Part shown: positions 23,500-34,200 of the stretch, piece by piece
Layout of the letters: each line of letters begins with the position of its first letter
How positions within the stretch are numbered: position 1 is the stretch's first letter
IMG/VR virus record: IMGVR_UViG_3300050156_000143
Location: 1-64,000 of that record
Source of the DNA: a virus
Taxonomy: Duplodnaviria; Caudoviricetes
Strand: one strand, 5' to 3'
Length of the DNA stretch: 64,000 nucleotides
Notes under the pieces: model-generated
Told to the model about the DNA's origin: nothing
Seen by the model: only the letters and a program-made list of their open reading frames with translations
Database searches by the model: none
Program-made: the position numbers and the translations under genes

Positions 23500-24504
23500 T
23501 TGAAATACCTTTTGAATGACACGATGAACATTTTTTCTCGTGCCAAGCACATTGCCAAACGTGGTGATACAGCGTGGGAGAAAACTGGACTAGCGCTTCA
23601 AACTACTTTAATGTCTAGTAACGCTGTGGCAAAAATGTTCAAAATTGACCATGCAGTTTTTGCATTAGAGGGCCATAGTTGGCGAAAAGCTGTTTATCCA
23701 GCGTATAAAGCCAATCGTGCTGAACAGCGTGCGCTCAGGACTCCCGCAGAAGTTGAAGAAGACACGATGTTTTATGCGGCGTATGACTCACTGGTGGAAT
23801 TCTTGACTACCAAGACTAACGTGAGCTGCATCAAGTGCCCCAACGCTGAAGCAGACGATGTTATTGCACGGTTTGTTTATCTTCACCCAAATGATGAAAT
23901 CATTATTAACAGTGCAGATACTGATTACGATCAATTACTCACCGATAAAATCAAGAGATATAACGGAGTAACTGGTGAATTATTCACAGTGAATGGAGTC
24001 TTTGATGATCGCTACAAGCCGATCAAAGATAATAAAACCGGGTTACAAAAAACGGTGGATGACCCTAAGTTCATCTTGTTTGAAAAGTGTGTGCGAGGTG
24101 ATAAGTCCGATAACGTGTTTTCTGCCTATCCAGGGGTGAGAACCAAAGGATCAAAAAGCAAAGCGGGAATCATGGAAGCATATGCCGATATCACTCGAAA
24201 AGGTTATATCTGGAATGCGTTTATGCAAAATACCTGGAAAGATCACAACAATGTTGAAAAACGGGTGTTGGACGAGTATGAACGCAATGTTCGACTCATC
24301 GATTTGACCGCACAGCCAGTTGAGATCAAAGAAGCAGTGGATGCCGCGATTCGCGCAGAATTGAACGTCACCGCAAAACCCCAGATTGGATGGCACTTTC
24401 TCAAATTTTGCGGGAAATTTGAACTCAACCGTTTGAAAGAAAGCCCAAACGAATATGTCACGTGGATGACTTCACCGTACAAGGGTCACCTTAAAGTTGA
24501 GTGA
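23500..24504 (+). CDS. rnh: T4 RNase H-like 5'-3' exonuclease (FEN family)
   Basis: FALEGHSWRK..YPAYKANR, EADDVI, SADTDYDQL, GDKSDNV. Confidence 0.9.
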   Translation: MKYLLNDTMNIFSRAKHIAKRGDTAWEKTGLALQTTLMSSNAVAKMFKIDHAVFALEGHSWRKAVYPAYKANRAEQRALRTPAEVEEDTMFYAAYDSLVEFLTTKTNVSCIKCPNAEADDVIARFVYLHPNDEIIINSADTDYDQLLTDKIKRYNGVTGELFTVNGVFDDRYKPIKDNKTGLQKTVDDPKFILFEKCVRGDKSDNVFSAYPGVRTKGSKSKAGIMEAYADITRKGYIWNAFMQNTWKDHNNVEKRVLDEYERNVRLIDLTAQPVEIKEAVDAAIRAELNVTAKPQIGWHFLKFCGKFELNRLKESPNEYVTWMTSPYKGHLKVE

Positions 24505-25086
24505 AATGTGTGGGAATATCAATTTTTGCATGGGTGGTGTTACACTGCATTCATCGATTCAGCCACTTTGGAAAAAACATGACTGCAACTTTTGATCTCT
24601 CCACCCGCACCACTAATTTGGTCGCCACTTTGAACGATGACAGTTCTGTATATGACAGCATCACAATTGATGACATCGATAAAGCCAAGGAATTGGTGGC
24701 GTACATGACGAGTGTTGGTGTTCGGTCGAAACTGACCACCAATTTTATGCTGCTTGTTTGAGAGGCAATTAGTATGTCCACCGTAACAATCAAGGTGTCA
24801 CAAACCGGGCACATTGTTGGGAAAACTGTTGGGAAACGTGTCACACATGTCCCACAACAGTTGGAATCAGCCTGCACCAATTTTGTTGCTACGTTGGACG
24901 ACAACAAGTTCAACGGTGGTAAACATTTTGCCCAACAATTGCTGAACAAATATGGGGTGGATGTTACATTCGACGGTCAAAACACCGTTATGACATTTTT
25001 TATCAACCGTGCAATGGAAAAATGTTACGTATTCATCCAAGAGTATTCAGCACTTACTACCATTACAAACCATTAAAGGAACGAAA

Positions 25087-25670
25087 ACGTATCAAAGTAA
25101 GCTCCAAATTGGCGGACACGTGCCATTCCCTGAGTTCACTGGGGAAAAGGTTTACATGAGAAAAAGTTTTCCAAGAAAGCTGGATTGCCACATTGTCTGC
25201 AACGTTGGCAACCCACCGTGGACGCAATGTTGGAGGACGTTGATGCGCCAGGTGACATCTATCTCATGATCGATCAAGGTAAGGTGAAAGCTGGTAACCC
25301 ACATCGCCGCCCCGGTGTGCACATTGATGGGTATTGGGTTGAACAGCTTGGCGGCCACCGTGGCGGACACGTTGGGCAAAACGGGTATTGGAAGAATGGG
25401 TGGAATACCGCAGACTTGATCGCACCAGAAGGGATCATTTTGGCGAGTAATGTGCCTGGCGCGGTAGCGTATGTTGGAGAATGGGATGGGGTCATCGGGG
25501 ACGGCGGTGATTGCTCCCACATTAATGTCGCCGGGATGTCCAAAATTGCTCTCAATGCACCCACCGCGTATGCGGGAAACGTTGGGTTACTCCATGAGTC
25601 GATTCCCGTGGTCGCAGATTGTGCAAGAACATTGGTTCGACTAAACGTGCCAGGGTGGCATCAAAATTGA
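25087..25670 (+). pseudogene. DSBH/2OG-oxygenase-like protein split by a frameshift at A5 (25161-25165); ACG at the expected start
   Basis: FPEFTGEKVYM in one frame continues as KAGLPHCLQRWQPTVDAML...HRRPGVHIDG in the -1 frame. Confidence 0.5.
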
Positions 25671-26235
25671 TGTTACAATGCGGGCATGATTGCTAAAAAA
25701 CTGTCTCCACAAACTTGGCTTATTTTCGATGACAAGAAAATAGGCCAGATTAATCTCATCAATGGGCACTATGAAGTAACAATTGGTAAGTCAACTACTG
25801 TTCATCATTCGTTAACCAATTTAAACTTCAAGTTTGAAGACCCACCTGCACCTCAACCTCAAACGTTACATGACGTCAAACTTGGACTAACGTTGTTCAA
25901 GAAATCTGACAACAGCAAGGCGCTTCACGCTGTTGGTTGGTACAAGTTTAAGAAACGAGGTGAGTGGGTCGTAGAAGAACACCCTAGGCACGTATTGCTT
26001 TCGCGTAACCAATTTGTGGGGCCATTTTGTTCTGAACGGGAGGCGCATCTTGCTCCCACAGTTTAAAAAGTTTGTAGACATTGTGGCGAAGAGTGAACAT
26101 AAAAATGCCAGAGAATTGTTGATGCCCATGAATGACGCAAAAGCATTGCGAGATGAAATTGCGAAGCTGCTGGCGTCGCGCACTGAAGAAACGATTGATG
26201 TAGTCGTTTCCGCAGGAACATGGGGCAAACAACCT

Positions 26236-26271
26236 TAACAAAAAAGCCGCTCTAGAGCGGCTTTTTTGTTA
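26236..26271. terminator. 36-bp perfect palindrome / terminator
   Basis: TAACAAAAAAGCCGCTCTAGAGCGGCTTTTTTGTTA. Confidence 0.85.
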
Positions 26272-26715
26272 TACCCACACGTTGTGGTCAGGAATTCGCG
26301 TTCCTGATAACGAATGTCGTACACTGCATTCACTGTTCAACACGGAGCACAGCAAATGTTCACCAATGAAGCCAAAATTGATGCCGCAGAAAAAATGTAT
26401 GCAGGCCGTTGGGTTGCCGAAGTTCGTCAATGTGATGCCAACGAAGTGTACGAAGTTAATCACAATGTTTTGATCCAGCTTGAGCAAAACCTTCGCTCGA
26501 CCCACACCCATTTGCCAGCATGGGCGCTGGACAGTGCTGTAGAAGAACTTTGGGACAATTTCACCCCACTTTGCAAGGCAGGGGATTTGGTTGCCCAGTT
26601 GGTGAATCATAAGGGCGAAGGTGAGGAACTGGTGCTGGCAACGTCTGTTGCCCATCTACCTACGTTCATTTCAAAAGCACATTGCTATCCACGTTAACCA
26701 CATCATGGGGGAATA

Positions 26716-27009
26716 ATGGACGAACATGACGCTATCGTGAGTTTTTTGCGCGGGTTTTCTGAGGGCGATTTGGTAAAACTTACACAAACAATAAGTGCAT
26801 CCGAGACGAGCTGGATCATGGATATGCTCGACCCACAGCGGATGGTAAAAGCCATAGCTGGCACGTGGATCATTGACGCGATTGATGATAATCCAGGTGA
26901 ACGCCCGGCGTATCGAATAGTAATCACTGGCACATCACAATGCTCCCCATGTTGGGTATACGCTGAAGACATGGTTCATTACTACGACCAAGAAAGTGAT
27001 CCAAGATGA
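26716..27009 (+). CDS. Family A paralog
   Basis: MDEHDAIVSFLRGFSEGD...WVYAEDMVHYYD. Confidence 0.8.
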   Translation: MDEHDAIVSFLRGFSEGDLVKLTQTISASETSWIMDMLDPQRMVKAIAGTWIIDAIDDNPGERPAYRIVITGTSQCSPCWVYAEDMVHYYDQESDPR

Positions 27010-28289
27010 ATTACGATTTGCTGCCATTGTGGGCAAAAGACGCATTACTGAAGAACCCATTGTTGATGATGCTAATAACTTCATTATTTGGGGTTCTGAT
27101 TGTATATTTCAAACAAGTACCATCCGCAATTTGGAATTTTCTGACCAGTTACATATTTGTCAGTATCAAATTAGACCACCGCACTGAAGCGTATTGGTTG
27201 TTACAGCAGCGGTTATCTGAACTTAAAGTAACTGAACATTTCAAAAACATATGTATCGAGAACGCATCAACCTCAGTGAATACATGGGCATTCTCCACTG
27301 CATACAACAATCACCGAAAAAACACTGACACAACAATACACATTTCTGCCGGGTATGGGAAAACTTTATTCAAATATGAACAAACATGGTACATTTATCA
27401 TAAACAACAAACTGTACTACAAGGAAATGCGCCGTTGGTTGAAGTGACCCTCACTGCATTGACCACTTCCAGACACAATGCCTTGAAAATTGTGCGCGAT
27501 CTTGAGGATATGATTCCGAAAACCAGTTTGGCCAACGTGTACTTATATCAAGAAAAGGGTTGGAGACAAGCTGGGGAACAAATTACCCGCACATTTGATT
27601 CCATTGTGCAGCCCCCAGGAGTGATCGACTACTTGATGGCGGATGCAGATAAATTCATCGTATCAAAATCCCAGTTTGAAAAAACAGGCACTCCATATCG
27701 TCGATCTTACATATTTCACGGGAAATGGGGGACGGGGAAAACGTCTGCTGCAATGGCGTTTGCTAAGTACCTCAACCAATCACTATACATCGTAAACCTT
27801 GGGAATTTTGGCAGTCAAGAACAACTGTTGTCGGCTCTGTGGATGACCAATCCGGGGTCAGTCATATTGGTGGAAGACGTTGATTGCGTCGGAGTCGGGG
27901 TTGGTCAGCGTGGTTCGCTAAAAGATGCACCAAACCCGGTGGATAATACACCTACAACCAAAGATGTTTCAGAATTTGGGGCCATCACCTTATCTGAAAT
28001 CTTGAACTCGTTTGACGGTGTGTTGACTCCACAAAATCGCATGTTCGTTTTCACCACCAATGTGCTGGACAGTTTAGACCCAGCGTTTTTGCGCCCTGGG
28101 CGAATTGATGAAAAAATTGAATTCAAACATTTGGAGTCCCCGGAACAAACCAGACTGGTGAAGTTGTTTTTTGATAACACGGATGGATTCAACGGGGTCA
28201 ATAAAGCGATCCCCCCATGCGAGCTAGCAAACATGTGCAGAAAATCGGCTTCACCACCCGAAGTTCAGTCGCACTGTGAGCAATACTGA
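27006..28289 (+). CDS. BCS1-like AAA+ ATPase with N-terminal TM helix
   Basis: PYRRSYIFHGKWGTGKT, ILVEDVD, TLSEILNSFDGV, FTTN, LDPAFLRPGRID. Confidence 0.85.
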   Translation: MNYDLLPLWAKDALLKNPLLMMLITSLFGVLIVYFKQVPSAIWNFLTSYIFVSIKLDHRTEAYWLLQQRLSELKVTEHFKNICIENASTSVNTWAFSTAYNNHRKNTDTTIHISAGYGKTLFKYEQTWYIYHKQQTVLQGNAPLVEVTLTALTTSRHNALKIVRDLEDMIPKTSLANVYLYQEKGWRQAGEQITRTFDSIVQPPGVIDYLMADADKFIVSKSQFEKTGTPYRRSYIFHGKWGTGKTSAAMAFAKYLNQSLYIVNLGNFGSQEQLLSALWMTNPGSVILVEDVDCVGVGVGQRGSLKDAPNPVDNTPTTKDVSEFGAITLSEILNSFDGVLTPQNRMFVFTTNVLDSLDPAFLRPGRIDEKIEFKHLESPEQTRLVKLFFDNTDGFNGVNKAIPPCELANMCRKSASPPEVQSHCEQY

Positions 28290-28314
28290 AAAAAGCGGCC
28301 TAGGCCGCTTTTTT
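28289..28314. terminator. Bidirectional terminator, identical to 1342-1367
   Basis: Same 26-mer between convergent genes. Confidence 0.9.
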
Positions 28315-28334
28315 CTTATGTTGGGTTCATTATA

Positions 28335-29786
28335 TTAAATCACAGTTAAATCAACGTCTGGCTCATCTGAGCGCAAAATGGCTTTCACCATGTAGGGCGG
28401 GTAATTGAAATCTGGGGAATACGACTTGGCCTTTTGTTTCGCGGCGTAATCGGTGTTAGCAGCGATGATTACACGCTTCCCATTCGGGGCAACCACTTCA
28501 AATTTGCCATTGTTTGTTGAATTGTCTCGGGATTGATTGATATCTTTTAGTAGACGCTTGAGTAATGGTGGGCGGTATGAGCTAGTCGGGACGAGCTGCG
28601 ATAAAATTTCAGCTATGGCCGCTAAATTATCATCAGGTAGCCTGAACAGTTTGAATAATTTTTTGGCATACAGTTCTTTAGCAAAATCTGGCCTTGATGC
28701 AATAGACATTGCATAAGCATATCGAAGCATGGTGTTAATAATCTGATCAACGCCTTTACTCAAATAATCTCCACCAGCGCTTCTAAATTCTATGTAATCT
28801 GGCTTCATATTGATCGAGGTATATCTTGACAAATTGCTTTCTATAATATGGCGAGCACCGTTTTGTAAACTTTCCCGCAGTTTGTCCACAATCCTCGCAA
28901 AGGATGAAACGTCACTGACGTGTCGGTTAGTAACGAATTTCAACGCCGAGGCACACATGGTATTTTGTAACCGACCAAATTGTTCCAAAACATATTCATC
29001 ACCAAGGAACACTGCTAATTTGGAATAATCAACTTTTCCACCAACGTGTGGCAAACTGACACCAACGTGAAATCCAGTCGATTTGTTAGTGTAAGCATTA
29101 TTATCATGCAGCCAATCGAAAAACTTCGGAACAAATTTAATCGCATCATTGATTGGCATCGGTGGAGACACGATTTCCACTGCGCAATCCCCAGGGTTCT
29201 CAGGCGTTATTGACGAATCCGGTTCAAACACAAATGTGTTATCGGGTCTGGAGCCACCGTGATTCGATGACACAATAGATGGAATGGCCATTTGAAATGC
29301 AAATTGTCCTGCCATGTGTTTGACATAGTGTGGATCAAATTTGCCAGTGAAATGCGTAGCATCCGCATCCCCACTATCGTGCGGCCAAAACTCATTTAAA
29401 TCGTAACATTCTGCTATCTCAGACATACTACGGAATTCGCCCCTCAACCAAGACGATTCACATTCACTTCGTTCCGCGAGATCGTCGTCGGTATCATCAA
29501 GCGAATCTAACCACGCATAATAATCATGATTCATTCTTTCCGACAATTCACGACGATCTCCACCAGAAAAGTCGTACGACTGTTGGAAAAATGATATTAC
29601 TTCTCGTATGGTATGCGGCACCCCAGGATCGTCCATTTCCATTTGCTCAAATTCGTAGTCTTCACTGCCCGCTGAAAACACCACTTCCGCCTCAAACCCC
29701 ATGCGTATGCCGGTGGCCAAAGGTGAATTTAGAAATTTGTTAAAAACGCCGGGGGACATTTTTAGTTCAGTTAAAGTTTGCTTCAT
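28335..29786 (-). CDS. Putative amidoligase (COOH-NH2 ligase type 2)
   Basis: GFEAE, EPDSSI, EIVSPP, STGFHVGV, RYTSIN, IEFRSAGG. Confidence 0.75.
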   Translation of the reverse strand: MKQTLTELKMSPGVFNKFLNSPLATGIRMGFEAEVVFSAGSEDYEFEQMEMDDPGVPHTIREVISFFQQSYDFSGGDRRELSERMNHDYYAWLDSLDDTDDDLAERSECESSWLRGEFRSMSEIAECYDLNEFWPHDSGDADATHFTGKFDPHYVKHMAGQFAFQMAIPSIVSSNHGGSRPDNTFVFEPDSSITPENPGDCAVEIVSPPMPINDAIKFVPKFFDWLHDNNAYTNKSTGFHVGVSLPHVGGKVDYSKLAVFLGDEYVLEQFGRLQNTMCASALKFVTNRHVSDVSSFARIVDKLRESLQNGARHIIESNLSRYTSINMKPDYIEFRSAGGDYLSKGVDQIINTMLRYAYAMSIASRPDFAKELYAKKLFKLFRLPDDNLAAIAEILSQLVPTSSYRPPLLKRLLKDINQSRDNSTNNGKFEVVAPNGKRVIIAANTDYAAKQKAKSYSPDFNYPPYMVKAILRSDEPDVDLTVI

Positions 29787-30176
29787 ACTGATATTTAGTT
29801 TGTCCCCATGATTGACTCGGGCATCACCAAGGTGGGCGGTCAGTCTGTTGCTATGTTTGCATCACCAAAGGACACAACCGTGATTCTCTACCATGCCACC
29901 ACTCCAAAGAAGCTGGATCGGTATCGATCTAGTGGCCGAATTATCACACCCGTGCGAGGGTTTACTTCGCATCTTGCTGCACAAGAATGGGCTAGAAAAG
30001 TGGGTAGAACCGTTCCCCTCAAAATTGAGGGGAACGTCGTTCACAAGCTGCCAGATCATCACAACCAATATGGAACTGCCTGGTGGATCGAACACGATGT
30101 AGAAACGTGGGAAACAGTGTCTGAGCACATTGTTGACAAAAATGGTCAGCTATGTTCTAATCAGCTCCATGATTGA

Positions 30177-30913
30177 GAGAACCCTGATGTTTAGCGTTCT
30201 TATCCAGTCTATCAGTTGTCTTAGAACGTCGTTAGCAATAACTCTGCCCTTACGTTGAAATGGTGGCCTACAACCCGTCCTCTACGTGTATGTGACGGTA
30301 GAAGCAGGATTCAGACACCCTGCACTTCAAGTGACTACCCTTCTGCTGGAAGGATGCCTTAAACCCACTCACCCATCGTGAGCTTGGTGTTTCACTTGTC
30401 GCAACGGTTTGATCCAAGTAATTGGACTTAAAGAGCACAGTATGACAACAATTGGTACTGTGCGTCTGCTGCGTCATGGTAATAGTGATAGAGGGCGCAG
30501 GCTGGTCATACGGGTGCCGTGGTGGTGAGTATGATATTCAAACAGCGATGAGATCAAGAATTCTAGTAATAGTTGGTGAGACATAGACAATCCTCCACCG
30601 TAAATTCTCCGCCACGGTCGCCAAACGGAAACCTCAAGAATGTGAGCCACCTTGTGTGGCTATGTTCATTTCCTTTGATGTACATTTTGTATATCTATTC
30701 ACCTATGTTTCCTAAGAATATGTGTGTCACATGGTAGTCAGTCCTGTAGTTCATCAGTGACTCTCATTGTGTGAGTCTATGTTCTAAGATTTATGCTAAA
30801 CTTTTCAGGTACTTCCAATGAAGACGATAATTCATGAGTGGCGTAAGCCATGAAGTGAATTTGAAGTCTTCTGTCGCGCTAGCGACTAATCATCATCCAT
30901 CACAAGGACTGTC
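30177..30913 (+). ncRNA. Candidate large structured ncRNA (alternative: structured replication origin)
   Basis: No credible ORF over ~740 bp; 5' and 3' ends pair (30183-30227 with 30781-30809); many internal helices; two GTAA (GNRA) tetraloops on +. Confidence 0.5.
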
Positions 30914-31267
30914 ATGTCACTTAAACAAAAATTCACGCAAGAAATCATGAGTCATATGGCTAACCCCATGTCTTATGAACATTGTTTCCGTCATTTCTGG
31001 ATCACTTCTCCCTCAAGTGATTGTTTAAGGTTGTCCGCCATCGGCCTTGCAGCAATGCGTGAATACGGGAATCCAGGCACATTGAAAGCTATCAATGGCA
31101 ATTCGTTTTCTACATCGCAATTGCTTATGGGGCTACGGAATCATGCCAAATCACCTTACTTCATTGATGGGGGATCGGTTCTGGTATTTGACACCGACTT
31201 AATCGCACTTATTGCCTTGTATGGATCAGTGCAAGAATGGTTGGAATCAGTTGGGGAGGCCGAGTAA
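30914..31267 (+). CDS. Conserved hypothetical protein
   Basis: 117-aa ORF with AAGGA RBS; LRLS..G and SPYFID blocks. Confidence 0.6.
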   Translation: MSLKQKFTQEIMSHMANPMSYEHCFRHFWITSPSSDCLRLSAIGLAAMREYGNPGTLKAINGNSFSTSQLLMGLRNHAKSPYFIDGGSVLVFDTDLIALIALYGSVQEWLESVGEAE

Positions 31268-31269
31268 AC

Positions 31270-34200
31270 CTTATGGATTACACTACCCTTGGAGATGGTG
31301 ATCCCTATGAATGGGGTGCCTCGGTACGGGCAGTTATGGATCGTTGGTTTGATTTCATTGCCATCGCAGAACCACCAGCCGAGTGCCTACTGGATTGGAC
31401 TACAAGGTGCAATAACGATTTGGAACAATATTCCGCTAAAATGAACTTACACTATCTTGATGGTGTTGTCATTGGTTGGAAAAACATCGAATTTGATACC
31501 GAAGACGGGTATATTGCATTCATGATGAGGTTCGGGTGATGTACAAAATCGTCGAGTGGGATGACGGGAATTGTGTTGATAACTTTTTATCCCAAGTGAA
31601 TTGGGAAAATGATTCGGTTGAAACTATGTCGATGTCGCTCCTTCATGTGTATTTCGATTATATTTTGCTGAAATATGACGCAGAAGTAGTTTATGCCGAT
31701 GGTGGTCAATGGGTTTGCCACTGGACTGATGCTGTTGTGAGTGCCCCACTTGGTTACCGCTCCAGTGCAATCCGGTTTAACACAATGGCTGGATATGTTG
31801 CTTTCACCATGACTTACAATTAATACCATGCCGTTTATACAAAACGTGTCGTTACGTGCGATTTTGATTGGCGCACACTTGCAAAACCCTGGCAGTGTTC
31901 TCATTCAAATTGCCGATATTGGAGCCAACTTTCCTGTGCCGGTGTTTGACACGGGTGGGGAAAAGTGTATCAATTCCGGTTTATGGATCATGATTATGAA
32001 CGTGGCGGATTCACTCTAGAACAGGCTGAACAAATCGCCAGCGTTTTGACAACTGCTTTAAACGATGAGGTGGATGTTGTGGTACATTGTGTTGCAGGAC
32101 TGTGTGGGTCAGGTGCAGTTGCTGAAGTTGGTGTCATGATGGGGTTCATTGATGCCCATGCTGTGCGCCAGCCTAATATCAGGGTGAAATCTATGTTGAT
32201 TAATACATTGGGGTGGGGATACGATGATTGTTGAGAAAATGCCGGATCATGATTACACACTGAGTGTGGTGGGGCGATATTTCAGCTCAGTATGTTCCAC
32301 ACTCCCCATTTGTTCTGGTGTGTCCGATCTCGAATTAGTTGAATATTTCAGGCAAGATTTGGAAAACTATGATGCCTACACTGTGTTAAACGGTAGGCGC
32401 TATCTTGGTGACGTATATTTCAACTCCGATGAAGATCATATTGCATTTTTACTCAGGTGGTCGTGATGGTGGATAAATTCTTTGTGTTCAGGCATAAGTG
32501 GATTCGTTCAGAACTGAACGTTGTGCTGCCTGATGATGCCACTGTGATCTACATGGATTCGGAAAGGTTTCTCGGCGAATTGGCCGACTTGACCTGTGCA
32601 TATCGCCGTGTATATGGATATGGTGATTACGAATTGGACGCCAATGGATACGAAAAGTATTCAAAATGGCAGAACAGTGTTAGTGAACATTTTAAAAATT
32701 ATGATTTAACTGTGCATGCACATAATGACGATACTTATTACTGTTTCATTACATTTGCAATACACGAAGGATTCTTGGCATGGACAATGACATATTGACG
32801 CCACCTGTTTACAAGGCGTTGAAACATGTTTCAACGCCTTGTCTGACACGATACATACGCATTTCATCCCATGGGATGAAATGCGCAAAGTGCTTCCCTT
32901 GTATGATTGTGAAAGCATAGACATCGATGATATTCAAATTTTCGGTGATCTCCACTTTCACACCGAATCAGGTTATGTGGCCTTTTGTGTGAGGTTTTTC
33001 TAATATGTATGTAAAATATCCAAGAACGTATCATCACCCGTTGTCTCCTGGTGTGCAAAGTGATGACAAAGTAATCTCCACTATGGAGCACATGTTGGGG
33101 AAACGATGTGTGATCACTGAGAAGATGGATGGAGAAAACTCTAGCCTATACCGGGATCATTACCATGCCAGGAGCATCGATTCCAAACATCATGAATCCA
33201 GAAATTGGCTAAAACGGTTTCACGCAAGTATTGCACATGATATTCCGGTCAATATTCGTATTTGTGGTGAAAATCTGTATGCCAAGCATTCCATACATTA
33301 CCATGAACTGCAAAGTTATTTTTATGGGTTTGGTGTGTGGGATGGAGATTTGTGTTTATCTTGGGATGACAGTTTAGAATGGTTCGATTTACTTGGCATC
33401 CAACCTGTCCCGGTGTTGTTTGAAGGAATACTGACCAGCACCCGTGTTGCCAAAATTGCTTCCAAGATGGATTTCACCGTGAGTGAAGGGTTTGTCATCA
33501 GAGTTGCTGACTCATTTTCTATGAGCGAATTTCCCACTCATGTCTGCAAATATGTGAGAAAAGGTCACGTACAAACTGGCGAACACTGGATGCACCAATC
33601 GATTGTCGCCAATGATATACGGCCGTTGGGGAACGGTTAATGACAATTTTACTCAGCAGGTATGAACAGGGAATTGACCCTACAATCGTTTCTGTGTATG
33701 TTGACATACCAGTGTTTCCAATATTGTCCGACGATGAATTGGACGTGTTGCTTGATGCGTGTGAAGCTGATACTGATGAAGTTCTGACCAGAATGCTGGC
33801 ACATGCGAACGCCGTGTTACAACAGTATTGTGGACATATTCTTCCTACGCGGTATGGGGAGTTTTGGGAGTATATCCAGTTTGACAACCAAGATGGGTTT
33901 ACTGCGTTTATTTTAACTCACGGGTAAACTTACGGGTAAGTAATATGATATTTCCATACATTGTATACACTGAACAGGCACGAGCTGATGATGCCGATAT
34001 TAACAACTGGATGAAATTTGTTAGAAATTCCACGCCAGACTTACTGCCATTTGGTGCGTATCATCGATGGGATTCTGGTTTCCAGAAGGTGGTGAATGCT
34101 TTGTCTGAAGATTTGCTTCAATATGACGCTACTATGGTTTTAACGGTGCCTGGAACGGAGGCGGCCTCAAATTACCTCATTGAATCCATCACATTCAACA

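Noticed and set aside
30177-30913. Group I intron (GACTAC/GTAGTC resembles P7), tmRNA, RNase P or tRNA
   Set aside because: Flanking ORFs look complete, there is no recognisable P/Q/R/S set, and no RNase P P4, tmRNA or tRNA T-loop signature.
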